The notes under the pieces: generated by a model
Told to the model about the DNA's origin: nothing
Database searches by the model: none
What the model saw: the letters and a program-made list of their open reading frames with translations, nothing else
Shown here: one piece after another, positions 1 through 8,712 of the stretch
How positions within the stretch are numbered: the stretch's first letter is position 1
Layout of the letters: each line of letters starts with the position of its first letter
Source of the DNA: a virus
Lineage: Duplodnaviria > Caudoviricetes
Virus record (IMG/VR): IMGVR_UViG_3300021476_000020
Coordinates: 1 to 31,487 of that record
Length of the DNA stretch: 31,487 nt
Direction: 5' to 3' (one strand)
Made by a program: the position numbers and the translations under genes

Positions 1-342
1 CCAGTTACAGTAGACGCTGCACCCTGCGCGCCGGTCGGGCCAGTGTTGCCGGTAGGTCCGGTTACAGTAGACGCTGCACCCTGTGCGCCGGTCGGGCCAG
101 TGTTGCCAGTCGGGCCAGTTACAGTAGACGCTGCACCCTGCGCGCCGGTCGGGCCAGTGTTGCCGGTAGGTCCGGTTACAGTAGACGCTGCACCCTGTGC
201 GCCGGTCGGGCCAGTGTTGCCAGTCGGGCCAGTTACAGTGGAGTCTGCACCGGACGCCCCGGTCGGGCCAGTGTTGCCAGTCGGGCCAGTTACAGTGGAG
301 TCTGCACCTGACGCCCCGGTCGGGCCAGTGTTGCCGGTTGGG
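1..342. repeat. Six tandem 57-bp repeats (19-aa unit) in the collagen-like gene
   Basis: Units start at 1, 58, 115, 172, 229 and 286. Bases 1-114 are identical to 115-228. Confidence 0.9.
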
Positions 343-680
343 CCAGTTGCGCCTACAACCCCACTATTCCCAGTCGGACCAGTCGGACCAGTAAAGCCAG
401 TAGGGCCTTGTATACCTGCGGTTCCAGCAGAACCGGTAGCACCCGTAGGACCTGTATTACCAGAAACGCCCGTAGGACCAACATTTCCCTGCGCGCCTGT
501 TGGACCAGTCGGGCCAGTCGGGCCAGTCGCGCCCTTTGAACCGGTAGCACCGGTTGACCCGGTAAATCCAGTTGTTCCTGTTTCATTATCATCTTCCTCA
601 TAAAGCAGATCGAGAACCTGCTTCACAGGACCACCATGATAATATTGATCGAGGTTAGGTTTCGGTTGAGGAAGGGACAT
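1..680 (-). CDS. Collagen-like (Gly-X-Thr) protein, probably a virion fibre/decoration protein; runs off the window end
   Basis: Not in the ORF track. Read manually from ATG at 680: [59 protein letters not shown]..., then [19 protein letters not shown] repeats. Open to position 1. Confidence 0.85.
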   Translation of the reverse strand, partial: MSLPQPKPNLDQYYHGGPVKQVLDLLYEEDDNETGTTGFTGSTGATGSKGATGPTGPTGPTGAQGNVGPTGVSGNTGPTGATGSAGTAGIQGPTGFTGPTGPTGNSGVVGATGPTGNTGPTGASGADSTVTGPTGNTGPTGASGADSTVTGPTGNTGPTGAQGAASTVTGPTGNTGPTGAQGAASTVTGPTGNTGPTGAQGAASTVTGPTGNTGPTGAQGAASTVT

Positions 681-936
681 CTTGGTCTCGCTTCACGAAT
701 TGACCTTTAGCATTACGTTCGAGAAGCGCTGACGCGATCCTCTCGTTATCTGTCGGCTTCTTTTCAGCCGGCGTCTTTTCATCTGCACGCCCCGGTTTCC
801 ACGCAAGGTCTTTTGGCGAGTTCATTATATAAGACGCCCCGCGCATGAATTGTCCCTCTTGCGGCTTAAGGGCTGCTTTAAAAGCCGCAAGTCCTGACAT
901 ATCCTCATTGAAATGGCCGGGACGATCACGTGCCAT
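655..936 (-). CDS. Hypothetical protein (~93 aa)
   Basis: ATG at 936 (MARDRPGHF...) directly follows the stop of the upstream gene at 938-940, and the ORF overlaps the start of the downstream collagen gene. Confidence 0.65.
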   Translation of the reverse strand: MARDRPGHFNEDMSGLAAFKAALKPQEGQFMRGASYIMNSPKDLAWKPGRADEKTPAEKKPTDNERIASALLERNAKGQFVKRDQDVPSSTET

Positions 937-937
937 T

Positions 938-1249
938 TTACGGCCCCGTTGCACCTGTCACGCCGGTAGCACCAGTAACGCCGGTCGGACCAGTTGGTCC
1001 AGTATCACCATGCACACCAACAGGACCGGCTGCACCCGTAGCGCCGGTCGAACCAGTCGGTCCTACCGGTCCGGTAGGTCCAGTCGGTCCCTGTGGACCC
1101 GCAAAGCCCATATCACCACTCGCTCCTGTTAGACCAAAAATTCCTACATCACCGGTCGGACCGGTATGACATAACGTCAAGACCCAATCCGCCATTTGAT
1201 TGGTAACACCACCGGGATAATATTGATCCCATATTGGTTTCGAAACCAT
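938..1249 (-). CDS. Short collagen-like protein
   Basis: Continuous Gly-X-Y triplets ([16 protein letters not shown]...GATGP) after a ~29-aa N-terminal segment; starts 7 nt after the portal stop. Confidence 0.85.
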   Translation of the reverse strand: MVSKPIWDQYYPGGVTNQMADWVLTLCHTGPTGDVGIFGLTGASGDMGFAGPQGPTGPTGPVGPTGSTGATGAAGPVGVHGDTGPTGPTGVTGATGVTGATGP

Positions 1250-1255
1250 TATACA

Positions 1256-3544
1256 TTATCCCACTCCCGGCGCTAATCCTGCATGGGGGCCGGGTGGATG
1301 GCCAACCAAATTAGTTTGCGGAGCCATACCGCCGCCTGGACGTGGCGGCTGATTGCCCTGTGCCTGGGCCGCGCGTTGTTCTGCCGGGTTACGTCCTAAA
1401 TCCATTTCCGGATTATTTGTTTCCCCGCCCCCTGCTGGCATTGTCCCTAGATGCGTCGGATTACCCTCTGGGAGGTGGGCTTGCATAGCAAGTTCACCCG
1501 CAGTCAATTCTGTAGTAATACGCTTCACGCCAGCTTCCACGCCCGCCTGAACGCCCTGTTCTACGCGCTGTATCATCGGCGCGTTCGCAGCAGTTTGCTT
1601 TTCCTGCTGGACCATCTGGTCCAATACTTGATCATTCGGAACTACGTTCTCGCCGTCCACCGCCAATGTATTCGACACGTTCCGGAGCAGAACACCACGA
1701 CCCTTGAGGCCCATGATTTTCATGTCGGTCGGATTGTTGGTAGCCTGCAAGAACTCAATCTGACGTTGACGTACCGTCTCACGCTGGATCGCAACCGTGA
1801 CACCTTGGACGCTGATTTTTTCTTCACCGGTCAACAGACCAGTGGTATCAGTCAACATAATGAGGTCCGTAAGTTGCATCAGACACGGTTCCATAACATC
1901 GCGGTCGATATTCGCCGAAACTGTCTGTAGGATTTTCGAAGCGTTACCCATCAACATGGCAAGACCGGACGCAGTACGTCCTGCCCCACCCGATGCCCCG
2001 CTGCCACCGATATATTTTGGAATAGCCGATATCTCATCAGCTATCTCAATCAAATCTTTGTAGACCTGCATGAGGGCTGCCGAGTTCGAAGTCGGCATGA
2101 AGAAATTAACCGGCGGTTTGCCATTGTTGGCAACGGGATCGGAGCGCGTATGCCATCGCTTCCACGGATATAAATTGTCATTGTCCTGGCCGGGAGTAAT
2201 CCGGTCATCTTCGACTACAACTTGTGGACCGGACGATATTGAAAGATTGTTGATCAACGCCCGTAGGGTGGCGTTCGCGCTTTCCTGCACATCATTCAGA
2301 AGATCAACAAGAGAATTTCCAATCGGCGAACCCGGAGTTTTCTCATACGACGTAATGAAATAAGGATTGCGCTGGCGTGGCGAAGGAGAAAGATGACACT
2401 TAATAACATGCGACCCGACGCACCACACTTGCACATGATAATCCCGCAATTCATCTGGCACAGCGAGACCGTAATCTTGGAGGATGCGGCCTTGGATATT
2501 ACCGTTGAACTCCATCATAGAGAGCATCATTGATCGGTTCCATGCCGGATTTTCTCGGCTTTCCAGAACCGCACGTTCGGCATCGGTCGTATCCCAGTTA
2601 TCGTACAGACCGCCGCGGCCATATTCGTCGAGTACCGCGCGAATTTCTTCCTGATTGTAACCGGGAAGATCGAGCAAATCATTCAGTTCGGCGCGGGTAA
2701 TGCGCAACTTCTCAATGGTATTTGCGTTTTCAATATCGGAGACACCCGGAGTAAACCACAAATCAAACGGCGACACTCTATTCCACGTCAACGTCGGCTT
2801 CTGCACAACAGTTGGAGCCCCACCATTCGGAGGCCATGTAACGGTCGGGATCACCTTGACCACCGGTCCCTTGACGCACGCGAACGGAAATAGAGGTAGG
2901 TCAATTATGAACTCAGCGAGCGCCGTGTAAAACCCACCCGCGCGCAAGATATCTTCAATTTTGTCTTCACTAATACGAGCCTGCTCCGCGGCCTTCCGCT
3001 TGGCGGCATCCTCGGCACTCTGCATCAACAGGTCTTTTCGTTTCTGCGTGTCGCTCGGGGATGGTTGTTTCCCAAGCTGCTGTGAAACTAGCGCAGCCTC
3101 CTGCTGCATAAGCTGCGTGATCGCCTGGATCACGCCGGCCGGTATCTCCGGATTTGACGGAGGACGGATTGCCCAGGTCTTTTCTTGTGCGAGATAAATA
3201 TCACGGAGCAGCGAACTGGCAGCACGGCACTTCTGCGCGATTACGCGGGCATAAACCTCGGACCCGCCCCACATGCGAATTTGCTGTAGCTTCGTCGCAT
3301 CGTATTGACCGTTGAATGTTCGAAGTGCTACAAGCAAGCGTTCAGACCACCCATTCACGGTATTGCGATGATTACGAAAAATCTCAAATTGGCCCTTGAT
3401 ATACGAGACAAGTTCCACGGGAGCTTGTTCCTGTGGAAGCTGCATGGCAGCTTTGTCTTGGGCCTGCTGCGAGAGTTGCTTTTCAAGTTCGGCCGGTGGG
3501 ATGACTTGCAGAACTCCACTTTGGCCGAGGCCAGTATCTGCCAT
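1256..3544 (-). CDS. Portal protein (head-tail connector)
   Basis: 762 aa next to the terminase. Portal-like segments: RVSPFDLWFTPG, GNSLVDLLNDVQESANATLRALINNLSISSGPQ, ADEISAIPKY, RTASGLAMLM. Q/P/G-rich C-terminal tail. Confidence 0.85.
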   Translation of the reverse strand: MADTGLGQSGVLQVIPPAELEKQLSQQAQDKAAMQLPQEQAPVELVSYIKGQFEIFRNHRNTVNGWSERLLVALRTFNGQYDATKLQQIRMWGGSEVYARVIAQKCRAASSLLRDIYLAQEKTWAIRPPSNPEIPAGVIQAITQLMQQEAALVSQQLGKQPSPSDTQKRKDLLMQSAEDAAKRKAAEQARISEDKIEDILRAGGFYTALAEFIIDLPLFPFACVKGPVVKVIPTVTWPPNGGAPTVVQKPTLTWNRVSPFDLWFTPGVSDIENANTIEKLRITRAELNDLLDLPGYNQEEIRAVLDEYGRGGLYDNWDTTDAERAVLESRENPAWNRSMMLSMMEFNGNIQGRILQDYGLAVPDELRDYHVQVWCVGSHVIKCHLSPSPRQRNPYFITSYEKTPGSPIGNSLVDLLNDVQESANATLRALINNLSISSGPQVVVEDDRITPGQDNDNLYPWKRWHTRSDPVANNGKPPVNFFMPTSNSAALMQVYKDLIEIADEISAIPKYIGGSGASGGAGRTASGLAMLMGNASKILQTVSANIDRDVMEPCLMQLTDLIMLTDTTGLLTGEEKISVQGVTVAIQRETVRQRQIEFLQATNNPTDMKIMGLKGRGVLLRNVSNTLAVDGENVVPNDQVLDQMVQQEKQTAANAPMIQRVEQGVQAGVEAGVKRITTELTAGELAMQAHLPEGNPTHLGTMPAGGGETNNPEMDLGRNPAEQRAAQAQGNQPPRPGGGMAPQTNLVGHPPGPHAGLAPGVG

Positions 3545-3656
3545 GGAAATGCCTCAAAATTCTCGCTAATGCTCGGCGGAAGATACGATCCGAATGTTGA
3601 CGGTTCGTTAACATATCCGGGTGCTAACAATGGTTATAACGCCCCGAGGTTTACAA

Positions 3657-4271
3657 ATGAGTGACCTTGTTACCGTGGCGGTAAGTCCGCCCGCCCTGCC
3701 GGAAAATTTCTCCATCCCGCAGGCCGCTGCGCTTGCCCGCGATCTCTCTATATCAATGTATGATCGCGAAGTCATTTTGCGAAAACACCGTGTCACCGAC
3801 GCACAATGCAAAGTTCTTGAAAATAACCCCTACTTCATCAAGCTGTTAGAGCAAGCCGCTGCCGAGTGGAATTCGCCGCGCAGCATCCAACAACGACTTG
3901 CATTGGAGGCAGCAGTTGCGCTAGAAGGAGTTCTCCCAGACGTAGTCGCGCGCATGAGCGCCAAAACGGAGCCGTTGTCAGGTGTCGTCGAAGCCGGAAA
4001 ACTCCTCACAAAAGTCGCAGGGATCGGAGAAAAATCTGCACCTGGACCCGCAGGGGAGAAGTTCACTATCACTATTGACCTTAGCGGTGGCGGCGGCGAA
4101 AAGCAAACGTTCGAAAAGACGCTTCCTCCGGTTATTGAAGCATTTCCGGTACAACCATTCGCCGAAGGGGCGGCAGCGCTCCTCGACCTATATACAGAGC
4201 CTGAAAAACCGGGAACGAGTGACCCGATATCTAAGGACCCCGAAGGGACGAGAAACCCACCATCGGTATAA
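3657..4271 (+). CDS. Putative terminase small subunit
   Basis: First gene of the terL operon; GAGGT RBS at 3646-3650; helical body with a C-terminal FTITIDL strand as seen in TerS proteins. Mostly a positional call. Confidence 0.55.
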   Translation: MSDLVTVAVSPPALPENFSIPQAAALARDLSISMYDREVILRKHRVTDAQCKVLENNPYFIKLLEQAAAEWNSPRSIQQRLALEAAVALEGVLPDVVARMSAKTEPLSGVVEAGKLLTKVAGIGEKSAPGPAGEKFTITIDLSGGGGEKQTFEKTLPPVIEAFPVQPFAEGAAALLDLYTEPEKPGTSDPISKDPEGTRNPPSV

Positions 4272-4350
4272 TATATCAGCGAAAGGCCGCCAAAGAAACC
4301 GTCGAGTTAAACACAACCGGAGACAACACAATGCCCAAGACCACCGCTGA
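4087..4350 (+). CDS. Overlapping basic protein with 13-aa Y-x-x-S/T-x-K-G-R repeats (start uncertain: GTG 4087 or TTG 4135)
   Basis: RYNHSPKGRQRSS / TYIQSLKNRERVT / RYLRTPKGRETHH / RYNISAKGRQRNR in the +1 frame of terS; ends overlapping the next gene start. Confidence 0.5.
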   Translation: MAAAKSKRSKRRFLRLLKHFRYNHSPKGRQRSSTYIQSLKNRERVTRYLRTPKGRETHHRYNISAKGRQRNRRVKHNRRQHNAQDHR

Positions 4351-5428
4351 ACTTCTACGTGATGCCGAAGAAATAATCCGCCGCAAGAATGCTGAACTCG
4401 CTGGCAATCGCGCCACCATTGCTTCTCTCCACCGTGAGAATGACACAGCCGAAAGCATCCGGACGCGCATTTATGAAATATCCGCGCGCGATCCCGAGCC
4501 ACCGGCATGGGTGGGAGGGAGAGGTGGGGCTTCGGGTCACCGTGGATGCCCGGTAACTATATGGTCAGACTGGCACTGGGAGGAAAGAGTAATCGCCGCG
4601 GAAGTCGCAGGTGTTAACGAATTTAACCCTAAAATCGCCCGAAATCGGGTCAAAAAGCTCGTAAATACAACAATTGACCTAAGTTTTAACCATATGGGGC
4701 GGGCCCCCGTCAAATATCCCGGAGCGGTAGTCTGCCTAGGCGGTGACATGATCACAGGTGATATCCACGAAGAATTGCTGGCTACAAATGCTCAAACTCC
4801 GCAGGAAGCTATCGAGGACGTTACCGACGCGCTCTGCGGAGCGATAGACGAAATGGCCACGAAGTTCGGCAGGCTGTTCGTACCGTGTGTGGTAGGAAAT
4901 CACGGGCGCTCAACCAAAAGACCCCGCATGAAGGGGCGGGTGTTCACAAGCTACGAGTGGAACATCTACTGCAATCTCAAACGACACTTTGCCAAAACCA
5001 ATTCCATACAGTTCCTAATCCCAGGAGAAGCAGATGCATATTTCAGTGTCTTTGGACATCGCTACCTCCTCACTCACGGAGACAGTCTCGGTGTTAAAGG
5101 AGGCGACGGCATTATTGGAGCAATGGGTCCCATCATGCGAGGCGCAATTAAAGTTGGACGTAGCGAAGCCCAAATCGGAAGGGACTTCGATACTATTGTC
5201 ATGGGCCACTGGCATCAGTACCTTGCGTTCCCTGGTGTCATTGTCAACAACGCGCTCATCGGATACAACGAGTACGCCCGGCTCGGTCTCCGAGCGCCCT
5301 ATAGTAGACCTTCACAAGCTCTTTGGTTTACCCACCCGGAACACGGGATCACCGCCCACTGGCAAGTCTACTTAGATGAAAAGCGAACGGCAACGGGCGA
5401 AAAAGAATGGGTCGGGTGGCAAAAATAA
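4331..5428 (+). CDS. Calcineurin-like metallophosphoesterase
   Basis: Motifs SDWH, GGDMITG, GNHG, HGD and GHWH in canonical order. Confidence 0.8.
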   Translation: MPKTTAELLRDAEEIIRRKNAELAGNRATIASLHRENDTAESIRTRIYEISARDPEPPAWVGGRGGASGHRGCPVTIWSDWHWEERVIAAEVAGVNEFNPKIARNRVKKLVNTTIDLSFNHMGRAPVKYPGAVVCLGGDMITGDIHEELLATNAQTPQEAIEDVTDALCGAIDEMATKFGRLFVPCVVGNHGRSTKRPRMKGRVFTSYEWNIYCNLKRHFAKTNSIQFLIPGEADAYFSVFGHRYLLTHGDSLGVKGGDGIIGAMGPIMRGAIKVGRSEAQIGRDFDTIVMGHWHQYLAFPGVIVNNALIGYNEYARLGLRAPYSRPSQALWFTHPEHGITAHWQVYLDEKRTATGEKEWVGWQK

Positions 5429-6883
5429 ATGTCTAATCTCCATTATATAGCTCCTCCGACATGCGCCAGCTTCATGCGATCAGCCGCGTTCGGCAGAATG
5501 ATCGCCGGCCCTGTGGGTAGTGGGAAGACCACGGCCTGCATCTTTGAACTTCTTCGCCGAGCCACTATGCAAGCACGCGCAACCGATGGATATCGATATA
5601 CACGCTTCGCGATAGTGCGACAAACTCTCCAACAACTCAAAGCAACTGTCCTTAAAGACTGCGAGACATGGCTACAAGGACTGGGAGTGTGGAAAGTATC
5701 TGAAAGCACATTCCATGTGATGTTCGACGATGTGCGATCAGAGTGGGTTTTTATCCCACTGGAAGACGCAGAAGATCAGGCGCGTTTGCTATCAATGCAA
5801 CTAACTGGCGCGTGGCTTTCGGAAGCTATTGGTATGGACTTAAATATTCTCGGACCAGTAAGCGGACGCCTTGGTCGATATCCGTCCGGCCAGAAGGGAA
5901 ATCCGAGTTGGTACGGTATCGTAGCCGATACAAACATGCCAACTGAAATGTCCGACTGGCATACATTTATGGAGAACATGCCACCAGATTGGCAGAAATG
6001 GATACAGCCCTCGGGTATTTCGCCCAATGCCGAAAACCTAAACTATCTTTTGCAAACCGACGCAACGATAAAACTTCCTATCGATCATCCCGTGCGCCTC
6101 GCGCAAGGGCGAAAATATTATGAGCGCTTTGTTGAACAGGAAGGCGCGGACAGCGACTGGGTGAAACGCTTCGTGTACGCACAGTACGGCGACGACCCAA
6201 GCGGCATGGCAGTATTCAAGAACACCTTTCGCAGCGACTTTCACGTCGTGGATGACACGATGCTCATTCCAGGATATCCCCTGATCATCGGGCAAGACTT
6301 CGGCCGCAACCCATGGAGTCTGATTTGTCAGTTCGATCACCGCGGCCGGCTACTCGTACATCAAGAAGTTCCCGCAAAAAACATGGGCCTAGAAAAACAT
6401 GTCAACGAAAACCTTCGGCCAATTCTCCTTAGTCCGCGTTATCTCGGTTTCAAAATCGCAATGGTCGGCGACCCTGCGGGAGTTGCAAAAGGTAGCATCG
6501 CCGAAGAAAGTTGTTTTGACGCTCTTAAACGCCTGGGACTTCCAGCCGTTCCCGCACCCACTAACGATATTGAACCTCGTCTTCGTGCGGTCGAAGCCCT
6601 TCTGGGACGCCAGATCGGAGGGAGCGCTGCTATATTGTTTTCTCGAAGAGGTTGCCCGTGGCTCTGTCGCGCAATGGCGGGTGGTTATCGTTTTACCCTC
6701 AACAAAAAAGGTGCTGCCAAACCAACACCTGACAAGGATGACAAAGAGGGATTTTCTCACATTGCTGACTGTCTCCAATACGTCTGCCTTGTGGTACACG
6801 GCAACATGATCGGATATATAATGCAGCAGCTTCGCCCGAATGTGCGAACTGCACCACCGATGCCAAAAGGGGGATGGACTTAA
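5429..6883 (+). CDS. terL: Terminase large subunit
   Basis: Walker A GPVGSGKT, Walker B-like GAWLSE, coupling motif ADTN, nuclease motifs IIGQDFG and SHIADCLQY; 484 aa. Confidence 0.92.
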   Translation: MSNLHYIAPPTCASFMRSAAFGRMIAGPVGSGKTTACIFELLRRATMQARATDGYRYTRFAIVRQTLQQLKATVLKDCETWLQGLGVWKVSESTFHVMFDDVRSEWVFIPLEDAEDQARLLSMQLTGAWLSEAIGMDLNILGPVSGRLGRYPSGQKGNPSWYGIVADTNMPTEMSDWHTFMENMPPDWQKWIQPSGISPNAENLNYLLQTDATIKLPIDHPVRLAQGRKYYERFVEQEGADSDWVKRFVYAQYGDDPSGMAVFKNTFRSDFHVVDDTMLIPGYPLIIGQDFGRNPWSLICQFDHRGRLLVHQEVPAKNMGLEKHVNENLRPILLSPRYLGFKIAMVGDPAGVAKGSIAEESCFDALKRLGLPAVPAPTNDIEPRLRAVEALLGRQIGGSAAILFSRRGCPWLCRAMAGGYRFTLNKKGAAKPTPDKDDKEGFSHIADCLQYVCLVVHGNMIGYIMQQLRPNVRTAPPMPKGGWT

Positions 6884-7098
6884 CGATGATGGCGTCTGAA
6901 AGCCGCTAATCGTATGCGCCGACGCCGCACCCATTTCTGAACTGTCTTGCTCTCATAAATCAAGATCGCGTAATACACGGCCGGAACAAGTGACACGAAC
7001 CACGGCAGCAAGCCGGAAAGTGTTCCCAACAACGCGCCCATAGACGCCACATGCGGCGTGGCGTTTGATGGATCGGGTACATAGTCGTGGAGCGACAT
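6880..7098 (-). CDS. Small membrane protein with basic C-terminus (possible holin)
   Basis: GAAAGG RBS before ATG 7098; hydrophobic stretch ALLGTLSGLLPWFVSLVPAVYYAILIY; Arg-rich tail. Confidence 0.5.
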   Translation of the reverse strand: MSLHDYVPDPSNATPHVASMGALLGTLSGLLPWFVSLVPAVYYAILIYESKTVQKWVRRRRIRLAAFRRHHR

Positions 7099-7130
7099 GG
7101 GACACCTTTCCCTATTGGGGCACAACACGG

Positions 7131-7502
7131 TTAAGAAATCTTATCCTCTGCGGTAGGGCATTGTTCTACCAGCAACATTTTTTCCTGCAACTTTCGCCGA
7201 ATTCCCCTGAGTTCCTTAAGAGAAAGGTCGGCCATATCAATAAAAATTTTACGTGAGGGGTCATCCACCGCCAGGCCACACTTTTCAATGATCGAGACTT
7301 CCGCGTCGAGCCCACGCAACAATTTAATCCCGTTCACTGCTCCTTCCAAAACGTCCATGAAAAAAGGTCGTTCGACCTTCCGATCAAAACACGCCAACAC
7401 CGCCAGGGTAAAGACGACATAAAGTTCTTGTGCAGGGATAGCAGTACTCGGATCAAGACCACTAATCAGTGCGGCTTCATTCAGAGTCGGGTTCACCGGC
7501 AT
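7131..7502 (-). CDS. Hypothetical protein (123 aa)
   Basis: Co-oriented ORF overlapping the upstream regulator gene. Confidence 0.65.
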   Translation of the reverse strand: MPVNPTLNEAALISGLDPSTAIPAQELYVVFTLAVLACFDRKVERPFFMDVLEGAVNGIKLLRGLDAEVSIIEKCGLAVDDPSRKIFIDMADLSLKELRGIRRKLQEKMLLVEQCPTAEDKIS

Positions 7503-8061
7503 GAGAAGCCCCGTTGAGTGTATGCAGCATTTTAGTTTTCACATCCGAGGCTATGTGATATCCGCCACCCCAAATAGTCTTGATCACAAACTCCGGATCG
7601 AGTGTCTTGAGTTTCTTTCGGAGCTTGCAAATGATCACGTCCACCATTTTCGGGTCAGTGGATTCCAATTCTATCGGCTGGTGCGCACGCTGCGCCCGCT
7701 GTTGTTCAATCACATGGTGAAGTTTTTCCTTCTCCACGCGGTCGTGCCGGAGCAGCACTACCACAAACCCCGCTTCCAGCTTCGTCAACTTGAACACCTG
7801 CCGAGCATGGAACAGAAGATCGCTATCCGTCGGCGCACGCGCCGTGGGTACACGGTCGGCCCGTTTGGCCGTAGGCGGCCAATCCGCCTTCGGGATTTCA
7901 CATATAGCCCCCATATCGAGAGCATTTTTCAGGGAAAAATATACATTTTCAGCCGGAAAGGCCAAAATACGCGCAATTGCGCAGACCGGAATACCTTCAT
8001 TCGCCGCATTGACGGCGACCGTGTCTAGATGGGCAGGAAGACCTTCGACTGGGGCGTCCAT
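7477..8061 (-). CDS. Transcription regulator: N-terminal HTH-like segment plus CtrA-like OmpR/PhoB winged-helix domain, no receiver domain
   Basis: DPKMVDVIICKLRKKL...IKTIWGGGY resembles the CtrA recognition helix and wing as I recall them (ELKIIDVFICKLRKKL...IETVWGRGY). Confidence 0.85.
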   Translation of the reverse strand: MDAPVEGLPAHLDTVAVNAANEGIPVCAIARILAFPAENVYFSLKNALDMGAICEIPKADWPPTAKRADRVPTARAPTDSDLLFHARQVFKLTKLEAGFVVVLLRHDRVEKEKLHHVIEQQRAQRAHQPIELESTDPKMVDVIICKLRKKLKTLDPEFVIKTIWGGGYHIASDVKTKMLHTLNGASHAGEPDSE

Positions 8062-8102
8062 AGGGTTCCTCTGGGTTACCCTACGAAATTATGACCACAA
8101 AC

Positions 8103-8117
8103 TTAATGAAATGTAAA
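8103..8117. promoter_or_regulatory. CtrA-box-like site upstream of the CtrA-like gene
   Basis: TTAA-tgaaatg-TAAA; one mismatch to TTAA-N7-TTAA; ~40 nt upstream of ATG 8061. Confidence 0.4.
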
Positions 8118-8202
8118 GAGGGCGGGGTGGTGGGGACCGCCCAATCCACCCCATACGGCCCGGCGGTAGTTAGCGCACGCTAGCCGCGACGGACGATCCC
8201 CA

Positions 8203-8712
8203 TCACGATGCTACCTTGCGAGGGTTAATAGCCAGTGCGCGCATGATCTTCTTATCACTGCGGTACGGATACTTTGCCAGACCAGGGGCCAGGTTTTTCA
8301 GTGGCGCTCCCTCGATTTCATCAACGTGCCCATCGATGTAGTCATTGTAAGTGCCGTACTGGACCCCTATCTCCTCGGCCTTGGCCCGCTCTGCGGTGTT
8401 AGCCCAAACATGAGCCTCGTCGTAACTCATTCCCAAATGCGTGACTAACCACCACTCCATACGTTCGTGTGCAGCCACAACAGGACGTATATCAACAACA
8501 CGCCCACCGAGATTAACGCGCTCATACTTAAGACGGTGATCCCCATATACAGGATCACCCTCGCAGTGTATGCCACCCACGTAAGGCACGTGATACTTCG
8601 CCACAAACTCATATGGCTTCTCCATCCACCGCCGGAGAGCAGGATGCGCCCCGTACAGTGCTTTCAGGCGGGCACGGGAGTAACATTTATTGTCTATACT
8701 TCCGGCGCTCAT
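8203..8712 (-). CDS. Hypothetical protein with HExxE...H motif (possible zincin-like metalloprotein)
   Basis: AAHERMEWW...YDEAH; start coupled to the upstream stop (ATGA overlap). Confidence 0.6.
   Translation of the reverse strand: MSAGSIDNKCYSRARLKALYGAHPALRRWMEKPYEFVAKYHVPYVGGIHCEGDPVYGDHRLKYERVNLGGRVVDIRPVVAAHERMEWWLVTHLGMSYDEAHVWANTAERAKAEEIGVQYGTYNDYIDGHVDEIEGAPLKNLAPGLAKYPYRSDKKIMRALAINPRKVAS

Noticed and set aside
1-342. Possible CRISPR array
   Set aside because: Contiguous coding tandem repeats with no unique spacers.
43-603. 186-aa Pro/Val-rich ORF on the + strand (also 930-1169)
   Set aside because: Antisense shadow of the minus-strand Gly-X-Y genes; the PVG repeats mirror the GPT codons.
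8119-8152. G-rich overlapping stems (GGGCGG/CCGCCC, GGGGTGG/CCACCCC), possible G-quadruplex or switch
   Set aside because: Short low-complexity stems that could arise by chance in GC-rich DNA.
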